64,000 nucleotides of DNA from an uncultured cyanobacterium (GTDB lineage Bacteria > Cyanobacteriota > Cyanobacteriia > Cyanobacteriales > Cyanobacteriaceae): the NCBI GenBank assembly GCA_963710605.1, contig CAVQBA010000006.1:882440-946439 (forward strand), read 5' to 3'. The first letter of the stretch is position 1; every line of letters begins with the position of its first letter. A program made the position numbers and the translations under genes. The notes under the pieces were generated by a model. That model did no database searches, had not been told where the DNA came from, and saw only the letters and a list, made by a program, of their open reading frames with translations. Of the stretch, positions 30,713 to 42,187 are shown in pieces.

Positions 30713-31171
30713 TTATTTAGCAAATAAAGGCAACATAAAAGTAGAACTAAGAATACCAACTATCAAACCAACAATAACTTGTATCGGAGTATGCCCTAAC
30801 AATTCCTTTAATTTTTCTTCACTAAAGTCTTCGTGTTTAATAATTTGCTCCATAATTTGGTTTAATATTCTTGCCTGTTTTCCCGCCGCTTGTCTAACTC
30901 CTGCCGCATCATACATGACAATAAAAGCAAAAATAGTAGCGATCGCAAATTCAGGAGATGACCAACCCTCTATTTGCCCTACACCTGTAGCTAAAGAACC
31001 GACAAGAGCCGAATGAGAGCTAGGCATACCACCCGTACTAACAAAAAAGCGAAAGCTAAATTTACGATTAATAATAATATCCGCAATAACTTTGACTAGT
31101 TGAGCAACTAAACAAGTTAACAAAGGTACTACTAGTAATGGATTGTTCCAGACTGCCACCAAAATTTCCAT
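30713..31171 (-). CDS. Divergent PAP2 family protein (DUF212)
   Basis: GGMPSSHSA, VMYDAAGVR, LKELLGHTP. Adjacent to crtE as is typical. Confidence 0.93.
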   Translation of the reverse strand: MEILVAVWNNPLLVVPLLTCLVAQLVKVIADIIINRKFSFRFFVSTGGMPSSHSALVGSLATGVGQIEGWSSPEFAIATIFAFIVMYDAAGVRQAAGKQARILNQIMEQIIKHEDFSEEKLKELLGHTPIQVIVGLIVGILSSTFMLPLFAK

Positions 31172-31185
31172 TTTTTTCAGTTAAT

Positions 31186-32112
31186 TTAGTTTTTACGATT
31201 AATAATATAATGAGCAATTGCTTGTAAAGGAATAGCTTTATCGCCATAAATATCCAACTGTGCTACCGCTTCATCAATCAATTCTTGAGCTTTAAGACGA
31301 GAAGTTTCTAAACCCCAAATTTTAGGATAAGTTGCTTTTTGAGCAGAAATATCTTTACCTGCGGTTTTACCTAACTCTTCACTTGTAGCCGTGACATCAA
31401 GAATATCATCCGCAATCTGAAAAGCCAAACCAATATTTTGAGCATAAGTAGATAAACGTTTCAAATCATCATCTGTCGCTTCTGCTAACACAGCACCTGA
31501 AGACACACAAGCTTCTAGTAAAGCACCTGTTTTGTGTCGATGAATAAAACTAAGAGTTTCGGCACTGACATTACTTTTGCCTTCACAATCCAAATCCATT
31601 ACCTGCCCACCAACTAAACCATTCGCCCCAACTGCCTTACCTAAAATAGCCAATACCTTGACCACTTGTTGTGGATTAAGCGAGCAAGTTTTTTCCGCCA
31701 CATATTCAAAAGAGTAAGCTAGTAAACCATCACCTGCTAGAATCGCAATATCTTCGCCATAGACTTTATGATTAGTTAAATGTCCACGACGATAATCATC
31801 ATTATCCATTGCAGGTAAATCATCGTGAATAAGAGACATGGTATGAATCATCTCTAAGGCACAAGCGGTGGGAATAGCTACCTCTGAGTTTTTGCCTAAC
31901 AATTCGAGGGTAGCCAAACAAAGAATTGGACGTAATCTTTTACCACCTGCTAAAAGAGAATAACGCATTGCTTCGTAGATTTTTTCAGGTTGCCCGATGG
32001 GGAGAGAATCATCTAAAGCCTTTTCGACTAATTCTTTTTTTGCTTCTAGATAACTTTTCAATTTGAAATTAGCTAGGTTTGGTGATGTCGGTTGAATATC
32101 GGTTTGTACCAT
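31186..32112 (-). CDS. crtE: Geranylgeranyl diphosphate synthase
   Basis: [44 protein letters not shown]. Confidence 0.95.
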   Translation of the reverse strand: MVQTDIQPTSPNLANFKLKSYLEAKKELVEKALDDSLPIGQPEKIYEAMRYSLLAGGKRLRPILCLATLELLGKNSEVAIPTACALEMIHTMSLIHDDLPAMDNDDYRRGHLTNHKVYGEDIAILAGDGLLAYSFEYVAEKTCSLNPQQVVKVLAILGKAVGANGLVGGQVMDLDCEGKSNVSAETLSFIHRHKTGALLEACVSSGAVLAEATDDDLKRLSTYAQNIGLAFQIADDILDVTATSEELGKTAGKDISAQKATYPKIWGLETSRLKAQELIDEAVAQLDIYGDKAIPLQAIAHYIINRKN

Positions 32113-32334
32113 CGTCTTTATCTTATGTGTGCAGTCTTTTAGCTTAGAGAAGATATGGTATCAATTATCATCAATCGAGGGTTTTTAATCAAGTTAATAG
32201 TTGATAGTTAATAGTTAATAGTGGACAATTACCACAAGTAAAAGAAAATAATAGTCAAGTAAAATCAATCAATCGTATAATCGAATATCTACTTCTCACC
32301 GTTATCTGTTAATTGTTTTTGTAGCTACTAATGA

Positions 32335-33147
32335 CTAATTAACTTCTAATAATTGCTGATTTAATTTACCACTACGATAACCTTCTAAATCCAAGGTGAC
32401 ATAAGTAAAGCCCAGACTTTGAAAATGAGCGACAATATCAGTCATATTCTGCTTGACAACAAAATTGGTAATTTGCTCTGGAGGTAATTCGATTCTAGCT
32501 GTATCGTCATCCGATCGAACTCTCAGGTTATTGTAACCCATTTTGCGGAGGTAAATTTCGGCACGACCAACTCGATGTAATTTGTCAAAAGTGATTTCTT
32601 CTCCATAAGGAAAACGGGAAGATAAACAAGGCTGAGAAGGTTTATCCCACCATGGCAAACCGAGGAGTTTAGTTAATTCTCTCACTTCCATTTTGGTGAC
32701 ACCAACTTCAGCTAAAGGCGATCGCACTCCTCTTTCTTTTGCCGCTTGTATTCCGGGGCGATAATCTTGCAAATCATCGGCATTAACCCCATCAATAATG
32801 TAGGGATAACCTCTGTCTTTTGTAATGATGGTTAATTTATCATGAAGCTCACTTTTACAAAAATAACAACGATTGACAGGGTTAGAAGTATAGTTAGGGT
32901 TATTCATCTCCTCGGTTTCAATCAATTCGTGTTTGATACCGATAATTTGGGCTTGGGTTTGAGCGTCGTCTAATTCTTCAGGTAATAATGAAGGAGAAAC
33001 TGCGGTGATAGCAATCGAATTTTTTCCTAAAACGTCGTTGGCAATTTTCGCAACCAAAGTACTATCTATCCCCCCAGAATAAGCAATTAAAGCTTGACCC
33101 ATTTGGGCAAAAATATCTTGTAAAGCAGTTAGTTTATCCTGAATCAT
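32335..33147 (-). CDS. larE: ATP-dependent sacrificial sulfur transferase LarE family
   Basis: PP-loop AYSGGIDS, NRCYFCK, DYRPG, CLSSRFPYG, RVR, LDLEGYRSG. Confidence 0.92.
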   Translation of the reverse strand: MIQDKLTALQDIFAQMGQALIAYSGGIDSTLVAKIANDVLGKNSIAITAVSPSLLPEELDDAQTQAQIIGIKHELIETEEMNNPNYTSNPVNRCYFCKSELHDKLTIITKDRGYPYIIDGVNADDLQDYRPGIQAAKERGVRSPLAEVGVTKMEVRELTKLLGLPWWDKPSQPCLSSRFPYGEEITFDKLHRVGRAEIYLRKMGYNNLRVRSDDDTARIELPPEQITNFVVKQNMTDIVAHFQSLGFTYVTLDLEGYRSGKLNQQLLEVN

Positions 33148-33245
33148 AGGTGATTATTTAAAATACGATCGATTCTCAAGTAAGTGTAACGTTTCTTCAA
33201 TCTAAATTATAACAACTATCAACAGAGTACAATGAACAGTGAACA

Positions 33246-33326
33246 ATTACTCATTACTCATTACTCATTACTCATTACTCTTTTCTTCACTCCTTACTCC
33301 TTACTCCTTACTCATTACTCATTACT
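33246..33326 (+). repeat. Heptamer tandem repeat (TTACTCA/TTACTCC)n
   Basis: Direct inspection. Reverse complement of the GAGTAAG family. Confidence 0.88.
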
Positions 33327-33330
33327 ACCC

Positions 33331-34191
33331 TCATCTTCGGGGGCTAAACCACTCACTCAAACCTTCTCCGAGTAAAGACAAACCCGTCACCATTGTTGTC
33401 ATAGCTAAACCGGGAAATAAAGCAGTCCACCAAATACCTGTAGGTAAAGCATCTAAAGCCAGTTTCAAATCATGCCCCCATTCAGGCACATCTTCAGGTA
33501 AGCCTAAACCTAAAAAACCTAAACCACCTAAAATTAAAATCGCATCGGCGGCATTGAGAGTAAACAAAACAGGTACACTTTGAATCACATTAAAAAATAA
33601 ATACTTAGACAAAATACGAGCAGGCGATGCACCCATTGCTTGAGCGGCTTCGATGAATAACTCTGTTTTAACACTAGTAGTATGATTGCGTACCACTCGA
33701 TAATATTGAGGAATATAAGAAATAGATAAAGCCAAAGCCGCATTAATTACCCCTCTACCCACCACAAAAGCTAAAGTTACTGATAATAATAACCCCGGTA
33801 AAGTATAAACAGTATCCATCACAAAAAGCAAAATCTTATCGACTTTACCACCAAAATAACCGCTAATTAAACCCAAAGGTACCCCCAGGACTAAACTAAA
33901 AAAAGTCGCCAATAACACTACTTTTAATGCCGCTTGAGTACCAAATAAAGTACGAGAAAAAACATCATAACCTTGACTACTTGTCCCAAATAAATATTCG
34001 GAATTAGGGGGTACATGAATCGGATTAGCCAAAGATTCTAAGGGATCTTGAATTAGATTAAGATTTTGTAACAAAGGAGCAGAAAAAGCAATGATGATAA
34101 AAGCGATCGTGATTATTAAACCTAAAATAGTCAGAATAGCTGATAATGATTTAATCTTTAATTTTGAGCGATTTATTTTGTTGGCAATCAT
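33331..34191 (-). CDS. Peptide/nickel ABC transporter permease (DppC/OppC-like)
   Basis: FGTSSQGYDVFSR, EAA loop FIEAAQAMGAS, LGFLGLG, PEWG. Confidence 0.92.
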   Translation of the reverse strand: MIANKINRSKLKIKSLSAILTILGLIITIAFIIIAFSAPLLQNLNLIQDPLESLANPIHVPPNSEYLFGTSSQGYDVFSRTLFGTQAALKVVLLATFFSLVLGVPLGLISGYFGGKVDKILLFVMDTVYTLPGLLLSVTLAFVVGRGVINAALALSISYIPQYYRVVRNHTTSVKTELFIEAAQAMGASPARILSKYLFFNVIQSVPVLFTLNAADAILILGGLGFLGLGLPEDVPEWGHDLKLALDALPTGIWWTALFPGLAMTTMVTGLSLLGEGLSEWFSPRR

Positions 34192-34629
34192 ATTTTACTA
34201 AGTAGTGTTGACACTGAAGATAGAAATAAAGAAAAAATTAGTTGATCATTAATTTAGCACTTAACACCAAAATAATCAGCATAATTTCTTTGTCTTCTGT
34301 TAATCAATTGTGCTTGATGCTGTTGCCAATAAATTTGGCAGTTTAGACTCTATTTACAGCAGTTTTTCTCAAATATCTTACCTAATGTATAAATAACAAC
34401 TTTCTTCCCCGATAAGAGAATAGTAAACGATCGCAAAACTATAAAATATCAAAACAAATAATTTTATTGATAATTGTAAATCAACCAAACATTACAGATA
34501 AACTTTATCTGTTTGATGAATCTAGCACAGATATAAAATATTATTATCCTGATGTAAACATTTGTTTATTTTGCTGATTTTTTACCAGTCATTAGTAATA
34601 TAAAAGAAAAGTCATGACTAAAATAAATC

Positions 34630-35136
34630 ATGTATCGAATAACTTTAGAATGGTCTGATACTAATAAGGTTAGAACAAAAACAATTACGGCTGAGAATCA
34701 GACACACGCCCCCCAAAAAATTATTATAGGACGAGGTAGTAAAGATGTTTGTGACGTAGTTTTAAAACACCAAAATCCGCAAACACTAAAGACTGTTTCT
34801 CATGTTCATTTAGAACTATTTTATGACCAAAATCAAAACTGTTTGTTGGCAAGAAACTTAACTCAAAATCGTCAACCTCCTAAACGTCCTAATCCTATTA
34901 TTATAGATGGTCAAAAAATAATTAAAGAAGTTGTCAAAATTAATGAAGGAAGTCAAATTAAATTAGGAAAAATAGTATTAACAGTAAAAGTTTTAGAGCT
35001 TGAAAAACCTAATCAGCAATTTATGGTTCAATGTTCTAATCCAGAACATACACATACTCTAGAAGCCGAATATGAGGGCTTAAACTGTCCTATCTGTGGA
35101 TATATTGTTTTTACAGGTACAACCCTTAAACTTTAA
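34630..35136 (+). CDS. FHA domain protein with a C-terminal Cys/His putative zinc ribbon
   Basis: IIGRG..CDVVL..TVSHVH, C-terminal CSNPEHTH...CPICG. Confidence 0.8.
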   Translation: MYRITLEWSDTNKVRTKTITAENQTHAPQKIIIGRGSKDVCDVVLKHQNPQTLKTVSHVHLELFYDQNQNCLLARNLTQNRQPPKRPNPIIIDGQKIIKEVVKINEGSQIKLGKIVLTVKVLELEKPNQQFMVQCSNPEHTHTLEAEYEGLNCPICGYIVFTGTTLKL

Positions 35137-35166
35137 TAAATTTAAGTTTTTAATTAGTAATCAGAT

Positions 35167-37205
35167 ATGGAAATTCAATTAATTACTCAAAATTCGATAA
35201 CTGAAGAACAAGAATCAAGAAATATTTACTTTACCTCTTGTTTTCGGTAGAGAAACCAATCAGCTACCATCGCAATGGGAAAATCAAAATGCTACCCCCA
35301 TTATTCTATTTGATTCTAGTAGTCAAATATCTCGTTTTCATGCTGTTATCAGCGAATCTAACGATCGAGTTATTCTAGAAGATAAAAGTAGTAATGGTAC
35401 AATCGTTAACGAGCAAAAAATTGTTAAAAATTCTCAACAAATTAACAATGGAGATATAATCAAAATCGGTAATTATGCTATTACGATCGTTTTTGTCAAT
35501 CCAGAAACTCAAATTAGTTCGTTTAGTGATTCGACTATTTTTAACTCTGACTCTAGCATTTTACCCGCCTCAACTTTAGAAGAAACTACTCGTGCTTCCA
35601 CTATTTTTTTTAATTCTGAAACCGACGAAATTGAACATCAAGAAAATGTAGTTACACCTCAACAAATCAATAGACAAAGAAATTCTTTTCCCCCTCCAGA
35701 AATTTTTAGCCAAGAAAAAGTTTCCCTCTCAGCAATTCGCTCGACAAATTTACCTGTACAAGAAGTAACCTATGCTTCTTTAGGTGGTGGTTTAGGTAGT
35801 TTTGTTTATGTCGATCATTTACGGATTGCAGGTGTCGAGGCAGAAAATATTGCTGTAGTTGGTTTAAATCCTATACCTTACGCTAGATACGAGCGATTAT
35901 TACGTAATTGCCAAATTCCTAGATACAAAAGAATTAGATCTGGTTCAGATTCTTGCCCTGATAATATTTGGGGCTGGCCAGGTTACGCTATTAGAGAGGC
36001 ATGGCGTGATATCTTAAAAGGTAACATTAATGGTACTTTTACTTATTTGTGGCAGATATTTGCCGAACCCGTGATGGCGGATACTTATACGCCTAAAGGT
36101 GATGATGTCTTCAAATCGATCGATCTAGAACGAAAGAGAATTGGTTGGGATAAAATTTATTATCAAGGAAGTATTCGCAGTATTCGTAAAACCGATGATG
36201 GACGTTATTGTATTGCTTATTCATTTAGCAAACCCGGACATTCCGATCGTCGTTTTTTAATTGCTAAATATATTCATCTTGCCACTGGCTATCCTGCGTT
36301 GAAGTTACTTCCCGATTTACAACAATACCGAGAAACAACCCAAGATTTAAAATCTGTAGTACAAGGTTACGAACCTCACGATCATGTGTACGAATATATA
36401 GAAAGAAAAGGGGGTACAGTAATTATTAGAGGTTCAGGTATTGTAGCATCTCAAGTAATGGATCGTTTAACCATTGCTCATCAAAATAATCCGAATATCC
36501 AAATTATCCATATGAATCGAGAGCCGAGAAAAGGGTTCAAATTTGGTCCGGCTCAAAGAGAAGTGGAGAATGATTGGGAATTTCAGGCTTATAACTGGCC
36601 TAAAGCGACATGGGGTGGCGATATGCGTCAAATGCTTGAAGACGCTAATCCTTTGGAAAGACGAGAATTGTTACAAAGTTGGGGTGGCACTACCACAGCT
36701 AGTCGTAAAATATGGCGAAAAACGATCGAAGAAGCTTTAAAAGATGGTTGGTATGAAATTCAATATGGTTTGGTGAAAGAAGTTAAATCTAATCCTCAAG
36801 GTAATGGTGTAATTGCCACTTTGATCACCAATAAAGGGGAAAATATAGTACAAGCAAACTTTATTATTGACTGTACTGGTTTGATTTCTAATCCAAAGGA
36901 AAATCCTTTACTTAATGATGTGATTACTCATTATAATCTTGATTTAAATCCTCAAAAAAGACTTCATGTGGAAAATGATTTTGAAATTAAAAAGATGCGT
37001 AATAATGATGCAAAAATGTATGCAACTGGTGTTATCACTTTAGGTGGCCGCTTATGCGGCTGTTGATACTTTTTTAGGATTACAATATTCGGCTCATCGT
37101 ATAGTAGAAAGTTTGGCTACTTTAAAAACACCACAAGTAAAACGGATTGCGGGGCTTTATTCTTTCCAACAATGGCTTAAATGGGTCAATAATGATAAAC
37201 CTTAA
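35167..37205 (+). CDS. FHA domain fused to a flavin/NAD(P)-binding oxidoreductase-like domain, with two apparent +1 frameshifts (~35226, ~37050)
   Basis: ATG at 35167. The frame is open without stops from 35228 to 37066 (FGRE..ISRFH..SSNGT FHA; GGGLGS; HLATGYP; RGSGIVA; IDCTGL). After the second shift it reads PYAAVDTFLGLQY...NNDKP* to 37205. About 680 aa; the ORF track shows only 36047-37066. Confidence 0.82.
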
Positions 37206-37221
37206 TCCGAAGGGCAAAGCA

Positions 37222-37272
37222 GGGCTGTTTCATTCTCAAAAAGAAGAAAATAGCTATCTGCTATTACTACTA
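37222..37272. repeat. Partial copy of the right end of the 190-bp MITE
   Basis: GGGCTGTTTCATTC..AAGAAGAAAATAGCTATCTGCTATTACTACTA matches the reverse complement of ~21265-21336 with an internal deletion between AAATAGCTA repeats. Confidence 0.75.
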
Positions 37273-37314
37273 GCTAAAACCTAAAACCTACTCATTACTC
37301 ATTACTCATTTAAA

Positions 37315-37767
37315 ATGACACCTACTTTATTGGGACGTTGGCAAACTAGATTATTTCTTTTCGCAACCATTGGCGTATTGTTTTCTTTTCCTTTTTATTT
37401 CGGTTTTTTCGGCGGACATCAAGGAGATTTAAGCTATTTTTTGGTTGTTTTCTATGTGGCTATATTTGGTTTAATTTGGGATATTTTATACGATCATCTC
37501 CAGAAACGTTTATGGGATCATGATTGGCCAGGTATTTTACAATTAGGAGCGGGAATTGCTGAAGGTGTTTTACTGGCTCTGATTCTCAGTGTGATTGGTT
37601 TACCCGGTATCGATCGATATTACTTCGATTTACCAGTCTTTATCCTACATTACAGTTTAGTTTGGTTGGCTGTTTATATTTCATCATGGACGATTATGCG
37701 TCTTCTCTTTCCTCACTGGCGTTTTCGGGGCGGTGAATGGATTGGACAATGGCCATATCGTAAATAG
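37315..37767 (+). CDS. Four-TM conserved hypothetical membrane protein
   Basis: MTPTLLGRWQTR, WDHDWP, HYSLVW, WRFRGGEW, and four hydrophobic segments. Confidence 0.82.
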   Translation: MTPTLLGRWQTRLFLFATIGVLFSFPFYFGFFGGHQGDLSYFLVVFYVAIFGLIWDILYDHLQKRLWDHDWPGILQLGAGIAEGVLLALILSVIGLPGIDRYYFDLPVFILHYSLVWLAVYISSWTIMRLLFPHWRFRGGEWIGQWPYRK

Positions 37768-38070
37768 TATCTATCTTGAGGTTTAACCGTTTAACCACCC
37801 CTAACCCCTCCTTCAAAGGAGGGGGAAAAGAGCAAAAATCTCAAATATCATCCGAGGACTACACTATAAATGATTTGAATGTAGAAATTCAACAAGCAAT
37901 TCAAAAAAATTGAGAAACCAGAGCAAATTTAATACTTTGCCCAGATAAAAACGATCGTTAAGTTTGTGATAAATCTAATTCATTAAATTACAATTTTGAC
38001 AATCAATTGAGTAAAGTAAGTATAATTATGCTATGAAAACTAGCCTGAATTAATTAATCGACGAGACAAA

Positions 38071-40395
38071 ATGTATAATTCACCCCCAGAGTTACCCCTT
38101 GTGGGAACTACTTTACACGATCGATACAAAATCATTAAAGAATTGGGAAAAGGTGGTTTTGGGCAGACTTTTCTGGCTGAAGATATTCAGATGCCAAGAA
38201 AAGAATTTTGTGTCGTTAAGCAACTCAATCCCCCTAGCTTTGAACCTCAAATGGTTCAAAAATGTGAAGATTTATTTAAAAAAGAAGCCTTGGCTTTAAG
38301 TCAGTTAGGAAAACATCCTTTTATTCCTGATTTGAGAGCATATTTTACTTATCAACAGCGTTTTTACTTAGTCCAAGAATACATTGAAGGTAAGTGTTTA
38401 AAGGATGCTATGCTTAATGCTACCGAAAATGATGTAATTCAAATCATTGAAGATGTAGGCAATGCTTTAGTGGAAGTACACAACAATAATAGAATTCATC
38501 GGGATATTAAACCAGATAATTTAATTTTACGATATTCAGATAACAAAATTGTCTTAATTGATTTTGGTGCGGTTAAAGAAATTACAACCCAAATGGTCAA
38601 CGAAGAAGGTGACATAGTCAAAACTGTTGTCATAGGTACAAATGGGTATATGGCTCCCGAACAAGCCCAAGGGCAACCTTCGTGTGCTAGCGATATTTAT
38701 TCTTTAGGCATAGTTGCGATCGAAAAATTAGTGAGAAAAAAACCTTGGACTTTTAGTTTTGACGAGCAAAGAAATATCAATTGGATAGTTAATCTACCAG
38801 TTGGAGGGGTATCAGTTAGCGATGGATTAGCAAATATTCTCAATAAAATGACTCGTTTTTCTCTTGGTGAAAGATATAATAATATTCAACAGGTTTTAGA
38901 CGATCTACAAGCTATCAAAGACGACGATCGTACTAACATAGTATCTAATTTCTCGGAAAATCAATCGTTAAAAACAGTAATAGCAAACTCTTCCACAAAT
39001 ACGGTAGAGCAAAATCAGACACGTGATTTGGGCTATAATAACCAATCTCAGCAGACAATAATCAATGATTCATCTTCATCCATCAAAAACAAAATAACAA
39101 CTACCCTAATTACTTTAACTACCTTACCGATAGTTTTTTTAGGATTATTCGTACTAGCAGTCGCAATAGTAGTAGTCAATGATTTATCAAATCCTAGTAC
39201 TCCCCCAGATAATTTAACAGATGTTAAAGTAAGCCAATGGAAGACATATGAAGATACGAATGATAATTTGGCATTTTCTTATCCTCAAGATTGGCAATTC
39301 AATAAAGATTCTGTTACTGGCGATGTAAATGTTTTATACGATCGAAACGATCGAATCTACGATCTAGTAGTATCTGTCGATTCAGTTCAAGAAAATGTGT
39401 CATTAGAGCGATATAGAGAAATTCTTGCCGATGAAATTAGTAATCAACCATTTGTTTCTAGCCCCACTAGTTTATCAGAGCAAGAACTAGCTAACACAGA
39501 AGGAAAAAAAATAGTTTATTCGACACAAGATGGAGATAGAGAAAAACAAGTAGAAATTAACTTTACAATATCTAATCAGAAAGTTTATATTATTAAAATT
39601 ACTACAGCTAACTTCGATAGTTTACTAAAAAAAGAAATTACCGACGAAATTCTTAATTCATTTACTTTTACTAATGCTAATGCTAATGCTAATGCTAATG
39701 CTAATGCTAATGCTAATGCTAATGCTAATGCTGATGCTGTTGCTTACTACAATCTTGGTAATACCCACTATGATTTAAACGAATATCAATTAGCCATCGA
39801 TGATTATACCCAAGCGATTACTCTTGATCCTAATTACACTAATGCTTATTATAATCGTGGTCTTACTTACTATCATTTAAAAGACTACAACAGAGCGATC
39901 GATGATTATACTAAAGCTATTAGTCTTGAGCCTAATTACACTAACGCTTATTACAATCGTGGTCTTACCTACTATCAGTTAAAAGACTACAACAGAGCGA
40001 TCGATGATTATACCCGAGCTATTGGTCTTAAACCCGATTATACAGATGCTTATAACAATCGTGGTCTTACCTACCAGAATTTAAAAGAATATCAATTAGC
40101 CATCGATGATTATACCCGAACGATTGCTCTTAAACCCGATTATGCATCTGCTTATTACAATCGTGGTAATACCTACTATGATTTAAAAGAATATCAATTA
40201 GCCATCGATGATTATACCCGAACGATCGCTCTTGAATCCGATTTTGTTGATGCTTACAATAATCGTGGTCTTAGCTACTATCAGTTACAAGAATATCAAT
40301 TAGCCATCGATGATTATGATCGAGCGATCGCTCTTGATCCTGATTATACTAGAGCTTACAACAATCGCCGTCTTGCCTACGAGAATTTAGAATAA
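38071..40395 (+). CDS. Membrane Ser/Thr protein kinase with a PsbP/DcrB-like domain and C-terminal TPR repeats
   Basis: LGKGGFG, VVKQ, HRDIKPDN, DFG, APE, DIYSLG; TM; FSYPQDW; (NA)10 linker; about 6-7 TPRs (AYYNRG..AIDDYT.AI.L.P). Confidence 0.94.
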   Translation: MYNSPPELPLVGTTLHDRYKIIKELGKGGFGQTFLAEDIQMPRKEFCVVKQLNPPSFEPQMVQKCEDLFKKEALALSQLGKHPFIPDLRAYFTYQQRFYLVQEYIEGKCLKDAMLNATENDVIQIIEDVGNALVEVHNNNRIHRDIKPDNLILRYSDNKIVLIDFGAVKEITTQMVNEEGDIVKTVVIGTNGYMAPEQAQGQPSCASDIYSLGIVAIEKLVRKKPWTFSFDEQRNINWIVNLPVGGVSVSDGLANILNKMTRFSLGERYNNIQQVLDDLQAIKDDDRTNIVSNFSENQSLKTVIANSSTNTVEQNQTRDLGYNNQSQQTIINDSSSSIKNKITTTLITLTTLPIVFLGLFVLAVAIVVVNDLSNPSTPPDNLTDVKVSQWKTYEDTNDNLAFSYPQDWQFNKDSVTGDVNVLYDRNDRIYDLVVSVDSVQENVSLERYREILADEISNQPFVSSPTSLSEQELANTEGKKIVYSTQDGDREKQVEINFTISNQKVYIIKITTANFDSLLKKEITDEILNSFTFTNANANANANANANANANANADAVAYYNLGNTHYDLNEYQLAIDDYTQAITLDPNYTNAYYNRGLTYYHLKDYNRAIDDYTKAISLEPNYTNAYYNRGLTYYQLKDYNRAIDDYTRAIGLKPDYTDAYNNRGLTYQNLKEYQLAIDDYTRTIALKPDYASAYYNRGNTYYDLKEYQLAIDDYTRTIALESDFVDAYNNRGLSYYQLQEYQLAIDDYDRAIALDPDYTRAYNNRRLAYENLE
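39673..39732 (+). repeat. In-frame hexamer microsatellite (AATGCT)10 encoding (Asn-Ala)10
   Basis: Ten perfect units. Confidence 0.95.
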
Positions 40396-40627
40396 TATCG
40401 ATTAAACCAGTCATACGATTACAACCGAATCATTGCTATTAATACCGAGATCAATAATCAAAAATTTTTTTGATATTAAAGGTGTACCAACAACTTTCCT
40501 CGCTAAAAGTGAGAGTCTTCTTTAGAAAGAAGGATAAAATAAGTATTTGCTAATTCAGTATCTTTATACTAAGAATTCGAGGTATAATTTAATAAGTAAT
40601 GAAGATAAAGATAACAATAAAAGAACG

Positions 40628-42163
40628 ATGCAGATAATTTGGTTTCGTCGTGATTTACGGATTAATGACAATGAAATTATTAGTAAAGCAACTGAGAATA
40701 ACCAAGAAGTTTTACCTTGTTTTATTATCGACTCTTGGTTTTATCAACAGCCAGAAGTATCAACCCTGAGAGTAAAATTCTTGTTTGAATCTTTACAAAA
40801 TTTAGATGCTAATCTCAAATCTCTTGGTAGTAGGCTTTATTTGTTTGAAGGTGAATCGGTAGCTGTTATTGAAAAATTAACCCAGTCTTTAATCGAGTTA
40901 GGAAAAAAACCCAAACTTCATTTTAATCAAGATGTACAGGTAAACTATGGTATCGATCGAGATTCTCAAATCAGAGAATTTTATCAACAACAAGGTTTAG
41001 AAATTTATCTGGGCTTAAATCATTTTTTACAAGAAAAAGAAGACTACGATTCTTTATGGCAAGATTATCATAACTATCAAAAACGATCGCTACATCCTAT
41101 TCCAACACAGATTAATACTCCAGAACTAAACTTTAATTTAAGCCAATTAACATTCGAGCAGTTATGGCAAAAATATTGCCCGAATCACCAAAATATAGAT
41201 AGTTACTTTGAAGGTGGTGAAGATGAAGCCAAAAATACTTTAGATAGTTTTTTAGACGGCAGATACCAAGGTTATCACTGGAAAATGTCTCATCCTTGGA
41301 TGTCACAACAGGGGGCAACTTCTCATCTTTCACCGCATCTAGATTTTGGGACAATCTCTGCACGTAATATCTATCAATCGGCTGTCAAAATCGCTGATTC
41401 ATTACCACCTAAATCAAAAAATAGTTACTCACTGAAGACATTTTTCGATCGTTTACGTTGGCACGACAAGTTTTCGCAAAGACATTATTTTCATCCTGAA
41501 TTAGCGTTTAAAAATAGATACCCCGAATTTGATGATTGGTATTGCGACGAAGAATTAGAAGGGCAAAAGTTAGAGTTTTTTACTGCTTGGTGCGAAGGTA
41601 AAACTGGTTTTCCTATGGTGGATGCCTCCATGCGTGAGTTAAATACGATGGGTTGGATGAATTTTCGGATGAGAGCGATGTGTGTTACTTTCTTATGTAT
41701 CAACTGTGGTGTTTCTTGGCAGTACGGGGCGAGGTATTTTATGAGTAAATTAGTTGATGGTAATATCGCTATCAATCATTGGCAATGGCAAGCCCAAGCT
41801 GGTGTGACTAATCCGATGTCCAAGACTTTTAGAATTTATAACCCAACCAAAAATTTACAGGAAAAAGATTCATATTTGAAGTTTGTTCGTTATTGGATTC
41901 CTGAGTTAAAAAACTATAACATGGAGCAAATACTAGCAGAAGAATATCTCTCTAAAGGCGATTATCTTCCTCCGATTTTGGATTGGAAACAAACACGTAA
42001 AATTAATGGTAAGATAGTATCAGATCTTAGAACAAAAGTACGCAATCGTTTAGAACAAGAAGAAGGAGAAGAGTATCATATAGCGATGGGTGCAAAAAAG
42101 ACGATCGAAAAATACGTTGCGACAAAAGATAAGCAATATAAAAACATGAAATCTTCTAGTTGA
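40628..42163 (+). CDS. DNA photolyase/cryptochrome family protein
   Basis: IWFRRDLRINDN, GGE, TSHLSPHLDFG.IS, WCEGKTGFPMVDA.MR, RIYNP. ATG at 40628 preferred over TTG at 40547. Confidence 0.93.
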   Translation: MQIIWFRRDLRINDNEIISKATENNQEVLPCFIIDSWFYQQPEVSTLRVKFLFESLQNLDANLKSLGSRLYLFEGESVAVIEKLTQSLIELGKKPKLHFNQDVQVNYGIDRDSQIREFYQQQGLEIYLGLNHFLQEKEDYDSLWQDYHNYQKRSLHPIPTQINTPELNFNLSQLTFEQLWQKYCPNHQNIDSYFEGGEDEAKNTLDSFLDGRYQGYHWKMSHPWMSQQGATSHLSPHLDFGTISARNIYQSAVKIADSLPPKSKNSYSLKTFFDRLRWHDKFSQRHYFHPELAFKNRYPEFDDWYCDEELEGQKLEFFTAWCEGKTGFPMVDASMRELNTMGWMNFRMRAMCVTFLCINCGVSWQYGARYFMSKLVDGNIAINHWQWQAQAGVTNPMSKTFRIYNPTKNLQEKDSYLKFVRYWIPELKNYNMEQILAEEYLSKGDYLPPILDWKQTRKINGKIVSDLRTKVRNRLEQEEGEEYHIAMGAKKTIEKYVATKDKQYKNMKSSS

Positions 42164-42187
42164 TTAAATAATAGGAATCTTAACCTT

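Noticed and set aside
33239-33583. 114-aa plus-strand ORF
   Set aside because: It is made of heptamer-repeat translation (LLITHYS) and the antisense strand of the permease gene.
39745-40390. 102-bp DNA repeats as DGR template/variable repeats
   Set aside because: They are in-frame TPR units with no adenine-specific pattern evident and no adjacent DGR RT.
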